Shown in pieces: positions 8,853 to 18,142 of a DNA stretch of 64,000 bases. The position numbers and the translations under genes are program-made. Numbering within the stretch: the first letter of the stretch is position 1; each line of letters starts with the position of its first letter. The stretch is from positions 94,793 to 158,792 of the forward strand of contig DAOTUU010000054.1 in the NCBI GenBank assembly GCA_034436555.1. The letters run 5' to 3'. This DNA comes from Chloroflexota bacterium. GTDB taxonomy: Bacteria; Chloroflexota; Limnocylindria; Limnocylindrales; CSP1-4. Below the pieces are notes generated by a model. It saw only the letters and a program-made list of their open reading frames with translations, had not been told where the DNA came from and did no database searches.

Positions 8853-9938
8853 TCAGCGGCCGGGGACGCTGCCGGCGCGGACCAGGTGCTCAGGCCGCCA
8901 GGCGTCCGCGCGCGGGATGCCGCTGAGGGCCAGCCCCCGGTCGATCTCCTCGCGCAGCAGGTCCAGGGCGTGGCCCACGGCCGCCTCGCCGCCCAGCGGC
9001 AGCGCGAACAGGATCGGCCGCCCCACGAACACCGCGCGACAACCCAGGGCGAGCGCGGTCAGCACGTCCGTGCCCCGACGGATGCCGCTGTCCATGAGCA
9101 CGATCCCGTCATCGCCGACCGCGTCCGCGATCGCGGGCACGCCGTCGATGGCCGCGATCGCGACATCCTGCTGGCGCCCGCCGTGGTTGCTCACGATGAT
9201 GCCCGCGGCGCCCATGGCGATGGACCGACGCGCATCGTCCGGATGCAGGATGCCCTTGATGAGCAGGGGCAGCCGCGTGTTCGCGAGCACCCACGCCACG
9301 TCCTCCCAGTCGTAGCTGAGCTGGAACTGGTCGTCCAGGGAGCTGACGCCGCGCTGGTTGCTGGAACGCCGGATGAGCGCGTACAGGACGCCCTCGGGGA
9401 CCTTGAAGCCGTCCCGGATGTCGCGTTCGCGGAGGCCGGTCATGGGCGTGTCCATGGTCAGCACGATCGCCTCGTGACCGGTCGCCTCCGCCTGCTCCAG
9501 GAGCTCCCTGCTGCGCCCGCGGTCGCTCAGCAGGTAGAGCTGGAACCAGCGCGGCGTGCCCGTCGCGGCGACCTCCTCGAAGGACGCGCTGGCGCACGTG
9601 GACAGGACATAGGTCAGGCCGCGCGCGGCGGTGGCGCGGGCCACAGCCACCTCACCGTCGGGATGTCCCAGCCGCTGGAGGGCCATCGGGGCGATGCCCA
9701 CGGGCATGGGCCAGCGGCGACCCAGCACCTCCACCGACGCGTCGCGATGCGCGTTGGGGACCATCATCCGGGGCACGATGCGGTACCGCTCGAATGCCGC
9801 CTGGTTGTCGCGCAGCGTCACCTCGTCCGCGGCGCCTCCCTCGTAGTAGGCGCGGATGCCGACCGGCAGCAGCGGCGCACCAGCCACTTCGAGCTCGCGC
9901 AGGGTGAGGCACGCGGTCCAAGGTGTCGCGGCGGTCAT
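8853..9938 (-). CDS. FMN-dependent alpha-hydroxy-acid dehydrogenase/oxidase (L-lactate dehydrogenase / lactate monooxygenase family)
   Basis: It has the SNHGGRQ catalytic motif and a glycolate-oxidase-like TIM barrel. Confidence 0.85.
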   Translation of the reverse strand: MTAATPWTACLTLRELEVAGAPLLPVGIRAYYEGGAADEVTLRDNQAAFERYRIVPRMMVPNAHRDASVEVLGRRWPMPVGIAPMALQRLGHPDGEVAVARATAARGLTYVLSTCASASFEEVAATGTPRWFQLYLLSDRGRSRELLEQAEATGHEAIVLTMDTPMTGLRERDIRDGFKVPEGVLYALIRRSSNQRGVSSLDDQFQLSYDWEDVAWVLANTRLPLLIKGILHPDDARRSIAMGAAGIIVSNHGGRQQDVAIAAIDGVPAIADAVGDDGIVLMDSGIRRGTDVLTALALGCRAVFVGRPILFALPLGGEAAVGHALDLLREEIDRGLALSGIPRADAWRPEHLVRAGSVPGR

Positions 9939-10006
9939 GCTGTCACCGTACCGCGGTCACGCCCGCGGTGCACGACGATGGCGCGGAGTGGCCGCGCGGT
10001 CCTTCT

Positions 10007-11323
10007 TCAGCCGACGCCCCGGATGCGCACCGCGTTCGCGTGGGCCGGGAAGCCCTCGTGATCGGCGAGCGCGGTGATGGACGTGGCGATCGACGCCAGC
10101 CCCGCCTCGCTCAGGCGCGCCACGGACATCGTCGTCAGGAACGTCTTCGCGGTCACGCCGCCGTTGATCTTCGCGAACCCCCCGGTCGGCAGGGTCGCGG
10201 GCACGCCCAGGGAGAAGTTGCCCGCGCTGATGGGCGTGTCCTGGCCCAGCAGCACCTCGCCCGCGTAGGCGAGTCGGGCGAGGTCCGCCTCGGGGTCGCG
10301 GGTCGCGATCTGGAGGTGTTCCGGAGCGTATTCGCCGGTCCAGGCGACCGCATCGGCCATCGTCGGCACCAGCATCACGCCGCCCAGGACCGTCAGCGAT
10401 GACCGCGCATACGCCGCCCGCTGCTCGGGCAGCGCCTCGATCTGCCTGGCCGCCTCCGCGTCCACCGCCTCGGCGAGCGCCCGGGAATCGGTGACCAGGG
10501 TCGCCGCGGAGTCGTGCCCGTGCTCGGCCTCGTTGAGCAGGTCAGCCGCCAGGCGCACCGGATCGGCCGAGTCGTCGGCGATGATCACCGACTCGCTCGG
10601 CCCGCACAGCATGTTGGTCGCCACGCCGTGGGCCTGTGCGATGACCTGTGCCGCGGTGACCGCGGGTGAGCCCGGTCCCACGATCTTGGCCACGCGCGCC
10701 ACCGACGCGGTGCCCAGCGCGGCCGCGGCCACGCCCGCGGGTCCGTTCGCGCGCACGATCCGCGTCAGGCCCAGCTCATGGGCGACGGCCAGCACCGCGG
10801 GATCGACCAGGCCGGTACCCGGCACGGGCGGCACGATGACCGTGATCTGGGGCACGCCCGCGACGAGCGCGGGCACCCCGATCATGACCATCACCGACGG
10901 GAACGAGCCCTTCCCGCAGGGCACGAACAGGCCGACCGACGGGATGGGCCGGTGCTCCTCGCCCACCAGGATGCCGTCCCCGATCGTCTCGCGCCAGGCG
11001 GGCATCGCCGCGACCTGCGCCTCGTTGAAGGCCCGGACCTGTCGGATGGCCACCCTGATCGCGTCCAGGAGCGCCGGACCCAGCGACGCGTGCGCCCGGG
11101 CGATCTCGTCTTCCGGCACCAGCACCGTATCGATGCCCACGCCGTCGAACCGCCGGGTCGCGTCGATGACGGCCGCGTCGCCGCGCTCCTTGACGTCCGC
11201 GAAGATCGTGGAGATGGACGCCATGAGGCCCGGGTCGAAGATGGCGCTCGTGGCGCGGGCCAGGATGCGCTGCCGCTCCGCCGCCTCGAGCTCCGACCAG
11301 ACGCGCAGGGACAACAGCTTCAT
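10007..11323 (-). CDS. hisD: Histidinol dehydrogenase family protein (HisD paralogue, 438 aa)
   Basis: HisD family signatures are present (Zn-binding motifs, NEAEHGHDSAA). The start is placed where GGGAGG is correctly spaced, and the upstream 66 aa are junk. It sits outside any his operon. Confidence 0.8.
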   Translation of the reverse strand: MKLLSLRVWSELEAAERQRILARATSAIFDPGLMASISTIFADVKERGDAAVIDATRRFDGVGIDTVLVPEDEIARAHASLGPALLDAIRVAIRQVRAFNEAQVAAMPAWRETIGDGILVGEEHRPIPSVGLFVPCGKGSFPSVMVMIGVPALVAGVPQITVIVPPVPGTGLVDPAVLAVAHELGLTRIVRANGPAGVAAAALGTASVARVAKIVGPGSPAVTAAQVIAQAHGVATNMLCGPSESVIIADDSADPVRLAADLLNEAEHGHDSAATLVTDSRALAEAVDAEAARQIEALPEQRAAYARSSLTVLGGVMLVPTMADAVAWTGEYAPEHLQIATRDPEADLARLAYAGEVLLGQDTPISAGNFSLGVPATLPTGGFAKINGGVTAKTFLTTMSVARLSEAGLASIATSITALADHEGFPAHANAVRIRGVG

Positions 11324-12108
11324 GCGGACCTCCCGCCGTCGACGATGACGGCCGAACCGGTGATGTAGGACGCCTCGCTCGACGCGAGGAAGGCGATGGT
11401 GGCGGCGAGCTCGTCGGGGTCGCTGACCCGCCCGAGCGGGATGTGCCGCACGATCTCCGCCAGTGTGGCGGGGTCCGCGAGATACGGCTCCGTCATGGGG
11501 GTCCGGACGTAGCCCGGACACAGCGCGTTCACCCGGATGCCCCGATCCGCGAGGTCGATGGCGAGGCTCCGCGCCAGCAGCACCGCGGCGCCCTTGGACG
11601 CGTTGTAGTCGGCGAAGCGCCTCTCGGTCTGGAACGCGTTGACGCTGGCCACGAGCACGACCGACCCACCTGAGCCGTCTGCGGTCATCACCCGGGCGGC
11701 CGACTGGGTGGCGACCAGCAGGCCCCGGACGTTGATGTCCATGAGCCGGGAGAAGAAGGACGGATCGAGCTCCAGCGCGTCCTTGCCCTCCCCATCGATG
11801 CCCGCGGCGGCCACCAGCACGTCCAGCCGCCGCCCGCCCAGGGCCACCGCCGCCGCCACGGCGGCGTCCATCGCCCCCACGTCGGTGACATCGGCGATGC
11901 CGCCGTCCGCGACCGAACCCGGCAGCGCCACGGCCCGCACCTCCTCGATCGCGCGGGCGACCTTCCAGGGGTCGCGGCCCACGAGGTACACGCAGGCCCC
12001 CTCCGCCGCGAGCCGCCGCGCGGCACCCAGCCCGATGCCCGACGAGCCGCCCGTGACGAGCGCCGTCCGGCCCCGGAATCGCCGACCATCACCCAGCTCC
12101 ATGGGCAT
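11320..12108 (-). CDS. SDR-family NAD(P)-dependent oxidoreductase
   Basis: It has TGGSSGIG, NAxxG and a YxxxK triad (YNASK). Its stop overlaps the hisD paralogue start (ATGA). Confidence 0.8.
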   Translation of the reverse strand: MPMELGDGRRFRGRTALVTGGSSGIGLGAARRLAAEGACVYLVGRDPWKVARAIEEVRAVALPGSVADGGIADVTDVGAMDAAVAAAVALGGRRLDVLVAAAGIDGEGKDALELDPSFFSRLMDINVRGLLVATQSAARVMTADGSGGSVVLVASVNAFQTERRFADYNASKGAAVLLARSLAIDLADRGIRVNALCPGYVRTPMTEPYLADPATLAEIVRHIPLGRVSDPDELAATIAFLASSEASYITGSAVIVDGGRSA

Positions 12109-12117
12109 CCCCAGGGC

Positions 12118-12513
12118 TCACGCGACGGCGCGGACGATGCCGACATCGTAGGCATCGAACGCGTGATCGGCGGTCACGATCGCGATCCCCTCGATCTGCG
12201 CCTGCGCGATCAGCATCCGGTCGAACGGATCGCGGTGATGCTGCGGCAGCGCGGCGACGCGCGCGGCGTGGACATGCTCCACCGCGAGGCCCTCCGCGCC
12301 GGTGCGCTGCATCCGAGAGGGGATGTAGGTCGTGGGCGGCTCGGGGAGCGGCAGGCGATCGAGCGTCCACTTGATGGCGATCTCCCAGGAGCTGGCCGCG
12401 GACAGCAACAGCCGCGTCCGGCCATCCCGAAGCTCCGCCAGCAGATCGGGTCGGATGCGCGCGGAATCGCTCAGCAGCCAGAGCCAGACGTGCGTGTCGA
12501 GCAGGTAGGTCAT
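12118..12513 (-). CDS. vapC: Type II toxin-antitoxin system, VapC-family PIN-domain toxin
   Basis: The PIN domain (LLDTHVWLW...D...TAD) is present, with a 4-nt overlap to the upstream antitoxin. Confidence 0.85.
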   Translation of the reverse strand: MTYLLDTHVWLWLLSDSARIRPDLLAELRDGRTRLLLSAASSWEIAIKWTLDRLPLPEPPTTYIPSRMQRTGAEGLAVEHVHAARVAALPQHHRDPFDRMLIAQAQIEGIAIVTADHAFDAYDVGIVRAVA

Positions 12514-12740
12514 CCTTCGAACGCGTCACCGATCGATGCGGGCAGCGGCTCATCGAAATCGTCCGGGACCACCACGACGCCCCGGTCCAGGTCGAACTCC
12601 CGCTGGGCCGGGGCCCCGACGGGCACGAGGCGCGCGGCCGGACGCCCACCGCTGGTGATCACGATCTCCTCACCCGCGGCCACGCGCCGAAGCAGCCGCG
12701 AGAGATGCGTCTTCGCCTCGTGGACCCCGACCTGTGCCAT
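12510..12740 (-). CDS. Phd/YefM-family antitoxin (partner of VapC)
   Basis: A 76-aa protein MAQVGVHEAKTHLSRLL fits the Phd/YefM fold. It overlaps vapC (ATGA). Confidence 0.8.
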   Translation of the reverse strand: MAQVGVHEAKTHLSRLLRRVAAGEEIVITSGGRPAARLVPVGAPAQREFDLDRGVVVVPDDFDEPLPASIGDAFEG

Positions 12741-12775
12741 GCCGCGGACCCTACCACGACGAGGCGCGATGCTGT

Positions 12776-12812
12776 CAGGACTTAGTCAAGGACTTAGTCA
12801 AGGACTTAGTCT
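12776..12812. promoter_or_regulatory. AT-rich 12-mer direct repeat (ggacttagtcaa, 3 copies) upstream of the antitoxin gene; candidate TA operator/promoter
   Basis: A low-GC island sits in a 72% GC genome, 36-72 bp upstream of the antitoxin start. The TTGACT -35-like hexamer is iterated. Confidence 0.55.
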
Positions 12813-12917
12813 GACCGTGGAGGTTGCCCATCCGCGAGGCAGGACCCGCCGAAGCGCTCGTACGATGGTCGAGGCGCCCGGCGCGCCGACGATGAGACGA
12901 CCCTGGAGGCGGCGCGC

Positions 12918-13931
12918 ATGACGGACCTGCTCGAGACCCGATTCCGTGACGGCGAGGTGGTGCACGGCACATACCAGCTGCCGTTCTCCACGAACACGGG
13001 CGGCTGGTCCAACCTGGTCATCCCGGTCACCACGGTCGCGAACGGCGACGGTCCGACCGTGCTGCTGCTGGCCGGCAACCACGGCGATGAGCACGAGGCG
13101 GAGCTGATCCTGCTGGACCTCGCCTCGTCGGTCGAGGCGGCCCGGGTCCGGGGCCGGCTGATCATCGTGCCGCGCCTGTCCGTGGACGCGGGCATGGCCG
13201 ACACCCGGCTGTGGCCCGACGGCACGAACCTCAACCGGGTCTTCCCGGGTTCGCCGACCGGGTCGATCCAGGAGCGCCTCGCGCACTTCCTCAGCACGCG
13301 CCTGTTCCCCATGGCGGACGTGGTGATGGACCTCCACTCCGGCGGCCGGAGCCTCCGGTTCGTGCCCATGGCCCACATGCGCCTCGTGGCGGATGCCCGG
13401 CAGCGGGGCGCGATGCTGGACGCGATGCTCGCCTTCAACACCGACCTGCACATGCTGTACTCGGACGCGACCGGCGTGGGCATCCTGGTCGCGGAGGCGG
13501 AGCGCCAGGGCAAGATCGTGGTCAGCACGGAGCTCGCGGGCGGCGGCATCGTGTCCCGGACCAGCGTGGACGTGGGCCGGAACGGCCTGCGCAACTGCCT
13601 GCGCCACCTGGGGGCGCTCACGGGGAACGTCGAGACGCGCGCGTCGCTGGGGCTGCCGCCCGCGGTCATCGCGTCGGCGCTGAGCGAGGCGTGCTACGCC
13701 CGGGCGCCCATCTCCGGCCTGTACGAGCCACGCGTGGAGCCGGGCGACCGGGTGACGGCCGGCGACGTCGTGGGTCTGGTCTACCGGCCGGAGGAGCCCC
13801 ACCGGCGCCCCGAGGTGGTGCGCGCCCAGCAGGGCGGCGTGGTCTGCGGCGTCCGGCCGCTGGCGGTCACGCGTCAGGGGGACATGCTCACGGTGGTGGG
13901 CGAGGCGGTCTCGTCCGACTCGATCCGCTGA
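12918..13931 (+). CDS. Succinylglutamate desuccinylase/aspartoacylase (AstE/AspA) family Zn-hydrolase (DoeB/N-acyl-amino-acid deacylase-like)
   Basis: It has GNHGDEHEAE and a ...HSGG... Zn-ligand pattern. Confidence 0.8.
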   Translation: MTDLLETRFRDGEVVHGTYQLPFSTNTGGWSNLVIPVTTVANGDGPTVLLLAGNHGDEHEAELILLDLASSVEAARVRGRLIIVPRLSVDAGMADTRLWPDGTNLNRVFPGSPTGSIQERLAHFLSTRLFPMADVVMDLHSGGRSLRFVPMAHMRLVADARQRGAMLDAMLAFNTDLHMLYSDATGVGILVAEAERQGKIVVSTELAGGGIVSRTSVDVGRNGLRNCLRHLGALTGNVETRASLGLPPAVIASALSEACYARAPISGLYEPRVEPGDRVTAGDVVGLVYRPEEPHRRPEVVRAQQGGVVCGVRPLAVTRQGDMLTVVGEAVSSDSIR

Positions 13932-13937
13932 GCGGGT

Positions 13938-14705
13938 TCAGGCGCTGGCGGACAGCGTCGCCGAGACCGCGAACCCGAACGCCGTCGCCAGGCCCACGGC
14001 GCGGCCGCCCTTGCTGAACGCCTCGGGGACCATCGATTCGGCGAGCATCGCGAGGATCGCGCCGCCCGCGAACAGCTGGACCGCGAGCACGACCGCGTGG
14101 GGTGCCCCGCCCAGCACGAGATAGCCCAGGCCGGCCGCCGCGCCGCTGGCCAGTGCCACCACGACCCACAGCGCCAGGATGCGCCGCCGCGGCATGCCGT
14201 CCCGCTCCAGGTCCGCCGACGCGCCCAGCGCCTCGGGCAGGTTGGAGATGAAGATCGCGGCCATCACCGGGACGCTGATGGTGCTGCCGCCCAGCAGCGA
14301 GAGGCCCAGCACCACCGACTCGGGGATGCCGTCCAGGACCGCGCCCAGGACGATGGTCATGCCGGCGCTGCGACGGGCACGCTGTGAATCGAGCCGCGGC
14401 GATCGCGCGTCCGCCGCACCGTCGGCGTCAGACCCCGTGTCTCCCTGGGTGCGCGCCAGCAGCTCGCTGCCCACGAAGAACGTGACGGCGCCGCCCGAGA
14501 ACGCCGCGGCATAGAGCAGCACCGCCGACGCGTCCGCCACCGCCTCGCCCACCAGCTCGTAGGCGACCGTGCTCATCAGCACGCCCGAGCCGAACCCCAG
14601 CACCAGCCCCAGCGCCCGGTCGGTGACGGGCAGCAGGAACGCGAGAATCGCGCCGATCACGAGCGACGAGGCGGCAAGGAATCCCCAGGTCGCAGCCTCA
14701 AGCAT
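13938..14705 (-). CDS. ZIP-family divalent metal (Zn) transporter
   Basis: There are eight predicted transmembrane segments and a His/Asp-rich cytoplasmic loop between TM3 and TM4. Confidence 0.85.
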   Translation of the reverse strand: MLEAATWGFLAASSLVIGAILAFLLPVTDRALGLVLGFGSGVLMSTVAYELVGEAVADASAVLLYAAAFSGGAVTFFVGSELLARTQGDTGSDADGAADARSPRLDSQRARRSAGMTIVLGAVLDGIPESVVLGLSLLGGSTISVPVMAAIFISNLPEALGASADLERDGMPRRRILALWVVVALASGAAAGLGYLVLGGAPHAVVLAVQLFAGGAILAMLAESMVPEAFSKGGRAVGLATAFGFAVSATLSASA

Positions 14706-14711
14706 CGGCGG

Positions 14712-15122
14712 TCACGGCGAGGGCTCACCGGCGGGGACGACATGGGAGACGAGCCAGGCCGTCAGCTCAGGCTCGCTGACGCTCCCTGCGGCGAGCTCCA
14801 GGAAGACGGCCGCGGCTTCCGATTCGGGCGCCGCAAGGTGGAGTCCGTTGCGCCGCAGGAACGCGACCGTCACGATCAGGCCGACGCGCTTGTTGCCATC
14901 GACGTACGGATGGTTGCGCACCAGCCCGTACGCGTACGCGGCGGCAAGCTCGAGGAGGCCCACGGTCGGGTCGTACGTCCAGCGTTGGCGCGGTCGAGCG
15001 AGGGCGGATTCCAGCAGGTGCTCATCGCGGGTGCCCGGTCGCCCGCCCTGATCGCGGATCGTCAGATGATGGGCGGCGTCGACCACCAGCCGGCCGAGCC
15101 ACCGTGGCTCGGCCTCGCTCAC
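14712..15122 (-). CDS. doc: Type II toxin-antitoxin system, death-on-curing (Doc/Fic) toxin
   Basis: The Fic/Doc core HPYVDGNKRVG is present. It overlaps the upstream antitoxin by 4 nt. Confidence 0.85.
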   Translation of the reverse strand: MSEAEPRWLGRLVVDAAHHLTIRDQGGRPGTRDEHLLESALARPRQRWTYDPTVGLLELAAAYAYGLVRNHPYVDGNKRVGLIVTVAFLRRNGLHLAAPESEAAAVFLELAAGSVSEPELTAWLVSHVVPAGEPSP

Positions 15123-15346
15123 TTCGCGAGCTCACGCAGCGCATTCCGGAACTGGCGCATTGCCGCCCGGACCGCGTCCAGGTCGGCGTCGAGGTCCGCG
15201 GCGTACGGGCTGAGCAGGATGCCGTGTTCTGTCTCGATGGCCAGCACCCGGTCGCCAGGCGCGAGGTCGTATCGATCCACGAGCTCCTTGGGAAGGGTGG
15301 TCCCCACCGATCCACCCACCCGCCGAAGCGTCACCGCGCGAGCCAT
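15119..15346 (-). CDS. Phd/AbrB-MazE-type antitoxin (partner of Doc)
   Basis: A 75-aa protein MARAVTLRRVGGSVGTTLPKELVDRYDL has a SpoVT/AbrB swapped-hairpin fold. The remainder of the 394-aa ORF is junk. Confidence 0.75.
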   Translation of the reverse strand: MARAVTLRRVGGSVGTTLPKELVDRYDLAPGDRVLAIETEHGILLSPYAADLDADLDAVRAAMRQFRNALRELAK

Positions 15347-15369
15347 GGCCGAACAGTAGCACGGTCGTG

Positions 15370-16395
15370 CTACGGCGCCAGGAGGCGGCGCGGGTTGTCC
15401 ACCACCAGCCGCCGGTGGACCTCGTCCGGTACGCCGGCCTCGCGCAGCAGGTCCGGCACCCCGGTCAGGATGTGGTCGTAGCCGTGCCCGCCGTGCATCC
15501 GCAGCTGGGTCTTCGTGCACACGTCCTGGGCGACGAGCAGCTGGTGCGACCAGCCGTGCTCGCACGCCCGCCGGACCGCCGCGGCGCGCTCCCGGTCCGT
15601 GGGCATGCCGCGGCCGCCGTAGGCGTCCTCGTCGCCCCAGATGTCGATGCCCACCCAGGCACCGCGCGCCGCCAGGCTGCCGATCCATCCCGGACGCGTC
15701 CCGAGCGAGGGATCGAGGTGACACAGCGCGACCTTCTCGAGCGGCACGCCGGCCGCCTCCACGCGGTCCAGCACCGCGTGCCCGTTCCAGCCCCACGGGT
15801 CCAGGTGCACGAACAGCGCGGCGCCCGTCGCCAGCTGGGCCACACAGGCGGCCTCCAGCACCCTGGCCTCGGCGGGGGTCAGCGGGTCGGAGGTGCCGAT
15901 CTCGCCGATGACCCCGGCGCGGATGCCGGTGCCGCGCACGCCCACGGTCAGGTCGCGCACGAGCTCCGCGGCGAGCGCCTCGACGGATGCCTCGCGGACC
16001 CATGCGGGATGCGCCACCGCGATGTAGTGGCCGCAGCCCATCACGACCTGCACACCGGTCTGCGCTGCCAGCATCCGCAGCCGGAGCGGGTCGCGGCCCA
16101 GGTCGTCGGGCGTGAGGTCCACGATCGTGCGGCCCCCCGCGGCCCGGAATCGACCCATCTCCGCCGCCGCCAGGTCCAGGTCGTCGAGCACCAGGTTGGC
16201 ACGCACCGCGAAGGGGTTGGCACGCACGATCGCCTCGGTCGCCGGGTTCACGGTCAGCGCCGCCACGCGGGCGGCCTCGGCGTCGGCGGGCGCGTCGAAC
16301 CACACGGACAGGTCGATGAGCAGGTGCTCGTGGATGCTCGTGGGGCCCAGGTCGGCCGGGTCGATCGGCCCGCAGACCGTCTGGATCGGGGCCAC
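15370..16395 (-). CDS. Phosphotriesterase-related protein (PTER / aryldialkylphosphatase-like amidohydrolase, possible lactonase)
   Basis: The PTER family pattern is present (SIHEHLLID, GCGHY, the metal-ligand set His/His/Lys/His/His/Asp). Confidence 0.85.
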   Translation of the reverse strand: MAPIQTVCGPIDPADLGPTSIHEHLLIDLSVWFDAPADAEAARVAALTVNPATEAIVRANPFAVRANLVLDDLDLAAAEMGRFRAAGGRTIVDLTPDDLGRDPLRLRMLAAQTGVQVVMGCGHYIAVAHPAWVREASVEALAAELVRDLTVGVRGTGIRAGVIGEIGTSDPLTPAEARVLEAACVAQLATGAALFVHLDPWGWNGHAVLDRVEAAGVPLEKVALCHLDPSLGTRPGWIGSLAARGAWVGIDIWGDEDAYGGRGMPTDRERAAAVRRACEHGWSHQLLVAQDVCTKTQLRMHGGHGYDHILTGVPDLLREAGVPDEVHRRLVVDNPRRLLAP

Positions 16396-16404
16396 GGTCC
16401 GGCC

Positions 16405-17259
16405 TCAGGACCCGCCTGCCGTCATCCCGGGCTCCATGGCCACGGCCTCCTCGCGGATGCTCGCCAGGATGCGATGTCGCAGCGCCAGGAACTCGGGCGT
16501 CTCCTGGACGGCCAGGGTGCGCGGTCGCGGCAACGGGATGGGCACCTCGTCCTTGATCCGGCCGGGTCGATTGGACATCACGAGGACGCGGTCGGAGATG
16601 GTCACGGCCTCCTCCACGTCGTGGGTCACGAACAGCACCGTGAGCCGGTGGGATTCCCAGACGCGCACCAGCAGCTCCTGCATCAGCAGGCGCGTCTGGG
16701 CGTCGAGCGCACCGAACGGTTCATCCATGAGCAGGATGCGCGGCCGATAGCAGAGGGCCCGGGCGATCGCCACGCGCTGCTTCATGCCGCCCGACAGCTG
16801 GCGCGGGAACGCGTCCGCGAACGCGGACAGGCCCACCAGCGCGAGGTGCTCCGCGGCCACCCGCCGGCGCTCATCCCGGCTCATGCCCCGCTCGCCGTCC
16901 AGCGCGAACTCGATGTTCTGGCGCGCCGTCAGCCAGGGCAGCAGGGTGTACGTCTGGAACACGACGCCGCGGTCTCGTCCCGGCCCCGTCACCGGTCGAC
17001 CGTCCACCAGCACGAGGCCAGCGGTGGGCTCCACCAGCCCGGCCACGATGCCCAGCAGCGTGGACTTGCCGCAGCCGCTCGTGCCCACCAGCGACACGAA
17101 CTCATTGTCCGCGAGCGCCACGTCCACGGGCGTCAGCGCCTGGACCGGCGGCCGGCCCGCGAACGTCTTGGTCACGCCCCGCAGGACCAGCCGCGGACCA
17201 CCCGGTGCCGCGGCATCCGCCGGCCCGGTGGTGACTCCCGAGGCGCCCACGAGGCTCAT
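16405..17259 (-). CDS. ABC transporter ATP-binding protein (NitT/TauT nitrate/sulfonate/bicarbonate family)
   Basis: It has Walker A GTSGCGKST, LSGGMKQRVAIARAL and Walker B LLMDEPFGALD. The start is set at MSLVGAS, and the upstream 215 aa of the ORF are junk. It overlaps the permease (ATGA). Confidence 0.85.
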   Translation of the reverse strand: MSLVGASGVTTGPADAAAPGGPRLVLRGVTKTFAGRPPVQALTPVDVALADNEFVSLVGTSGCGKSTLLGIVAGLVEPTAGLVLVDGRPVTGPGRDRGVVFQTYTLLPWLTARQNIEFALDGERGMSRDERRRVAAEHLALVGLSAFADAFPRQLSGGMKQRVAIARALCYRPRILLMDEPFGALDAQTRLLMQELLVRVWESHRLTVLFVTHDVEEAVTISDRVLVMSNRPGRIKDEVPIPLPRPRTLAVQETPEFLALRHRILASIREEAVAMEPGMTAGGS

Positions 17260-18095
17260 CGCTCCGCCCACCGGAACATGACCCGACCCGCGGCCTTCAT
17301 CACCTGGTCCGTGATGAGGCCCAGGATGCCCAGCACGATGAGGTAGCCGATGATCGTGTCGGTGTTGAAGAAGCGCTGTGCCGCGGAGATGCGGTAGCCC
17401 AGGCCCGTGTTCGCGGCGACCAGCTCCGCGAGCACGATCCACGTCCACGCCCAGCCGAGCGAGATCCGGAGCGTGTCCCAGATGCCCGGCGCGGATGCCC
17501 GCAGCACGATGCGCCGCAGGATGCCGGCATCGTCCATGCCCAGCGTCTGGCCGATGTCCACGAGCTCCCTGGGGACGCGCTTCACGTTGTCCATCACCAG
17601 CAGCACCTCCTGGAAGAACGTGCCGATGAACACGATCGACCACTTCTGGGAATCGCCGATGCCGATCCAGATGATGGTCAGCGGCACGAACCCCACGACG
17701 GGCATGTACCGGATGAAGTCGACCAGCGGCTCGATGAGCGCCTCCAGGCCGCGGTAGATGCCGATGAGGATGCCGATGGGCACGGCCAGCACGGTCGCCA
17801 GGGCGAAGCCCCACGCGATGCGCCCGACGGACGCCCAGACGTCCTCCCACAGGGTCCCGTTCGAGGCCATCGTGCCGAGCTGGCCGACCACCTCCGTGGG
17901 CCATGGCAGGAACCGCGCGTCGACCACGTCCAGCAGCCGGATGAGCAGCCAGACGGCGAGCACGATGAGGAACCCGATGGCCGCCAGCGCGACGTAGTCG
18001 CGCGGCCGGATCGAGCCGAGGATGGCAAGCGACGACGGGCGGCGCCGACGCTTCGGCACCGCCCGCTCGGTGTGCACCAGGTCGGGTCCCGCCAC
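17256..18095 (-). CDS. ABC transporter permease (NitT/TauT family, BPD-transporter fold)
   Basis: It has six transmembrane segments and an EAA-like loop. Confidence 0.85.
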   Translation of the reverse strand: MAGPDLVHTERAVPKRRRRPSSLAILGSIRPRDYVALAAIGFLIVLAVWLLIRLLDVVDARFLPWPTEVVGQLGTMASNGTLWEDVWASVGRIAWGFALATVLAVPIGILIGIYRGLEALIEPLVDFIRYMPVVGFVPLTIIWIGIGDSQKWSIVFIGTFFQEVLLVMDNVKRVPRELVDIGQTLGMDDAGILRRIVLRASAPGIWDTLRISLGWAWTWIVLAELVAANTGLGYRISAAQRFFNTDTIIGYLIVLGILGLITDQVMKAAGRVMFRWAER

Positions 18096-18142
18096 GCCGT
18101 CAGTCGGCGGCGCGAGACCCGGCAGCGAGGGTCATGCGCGGG

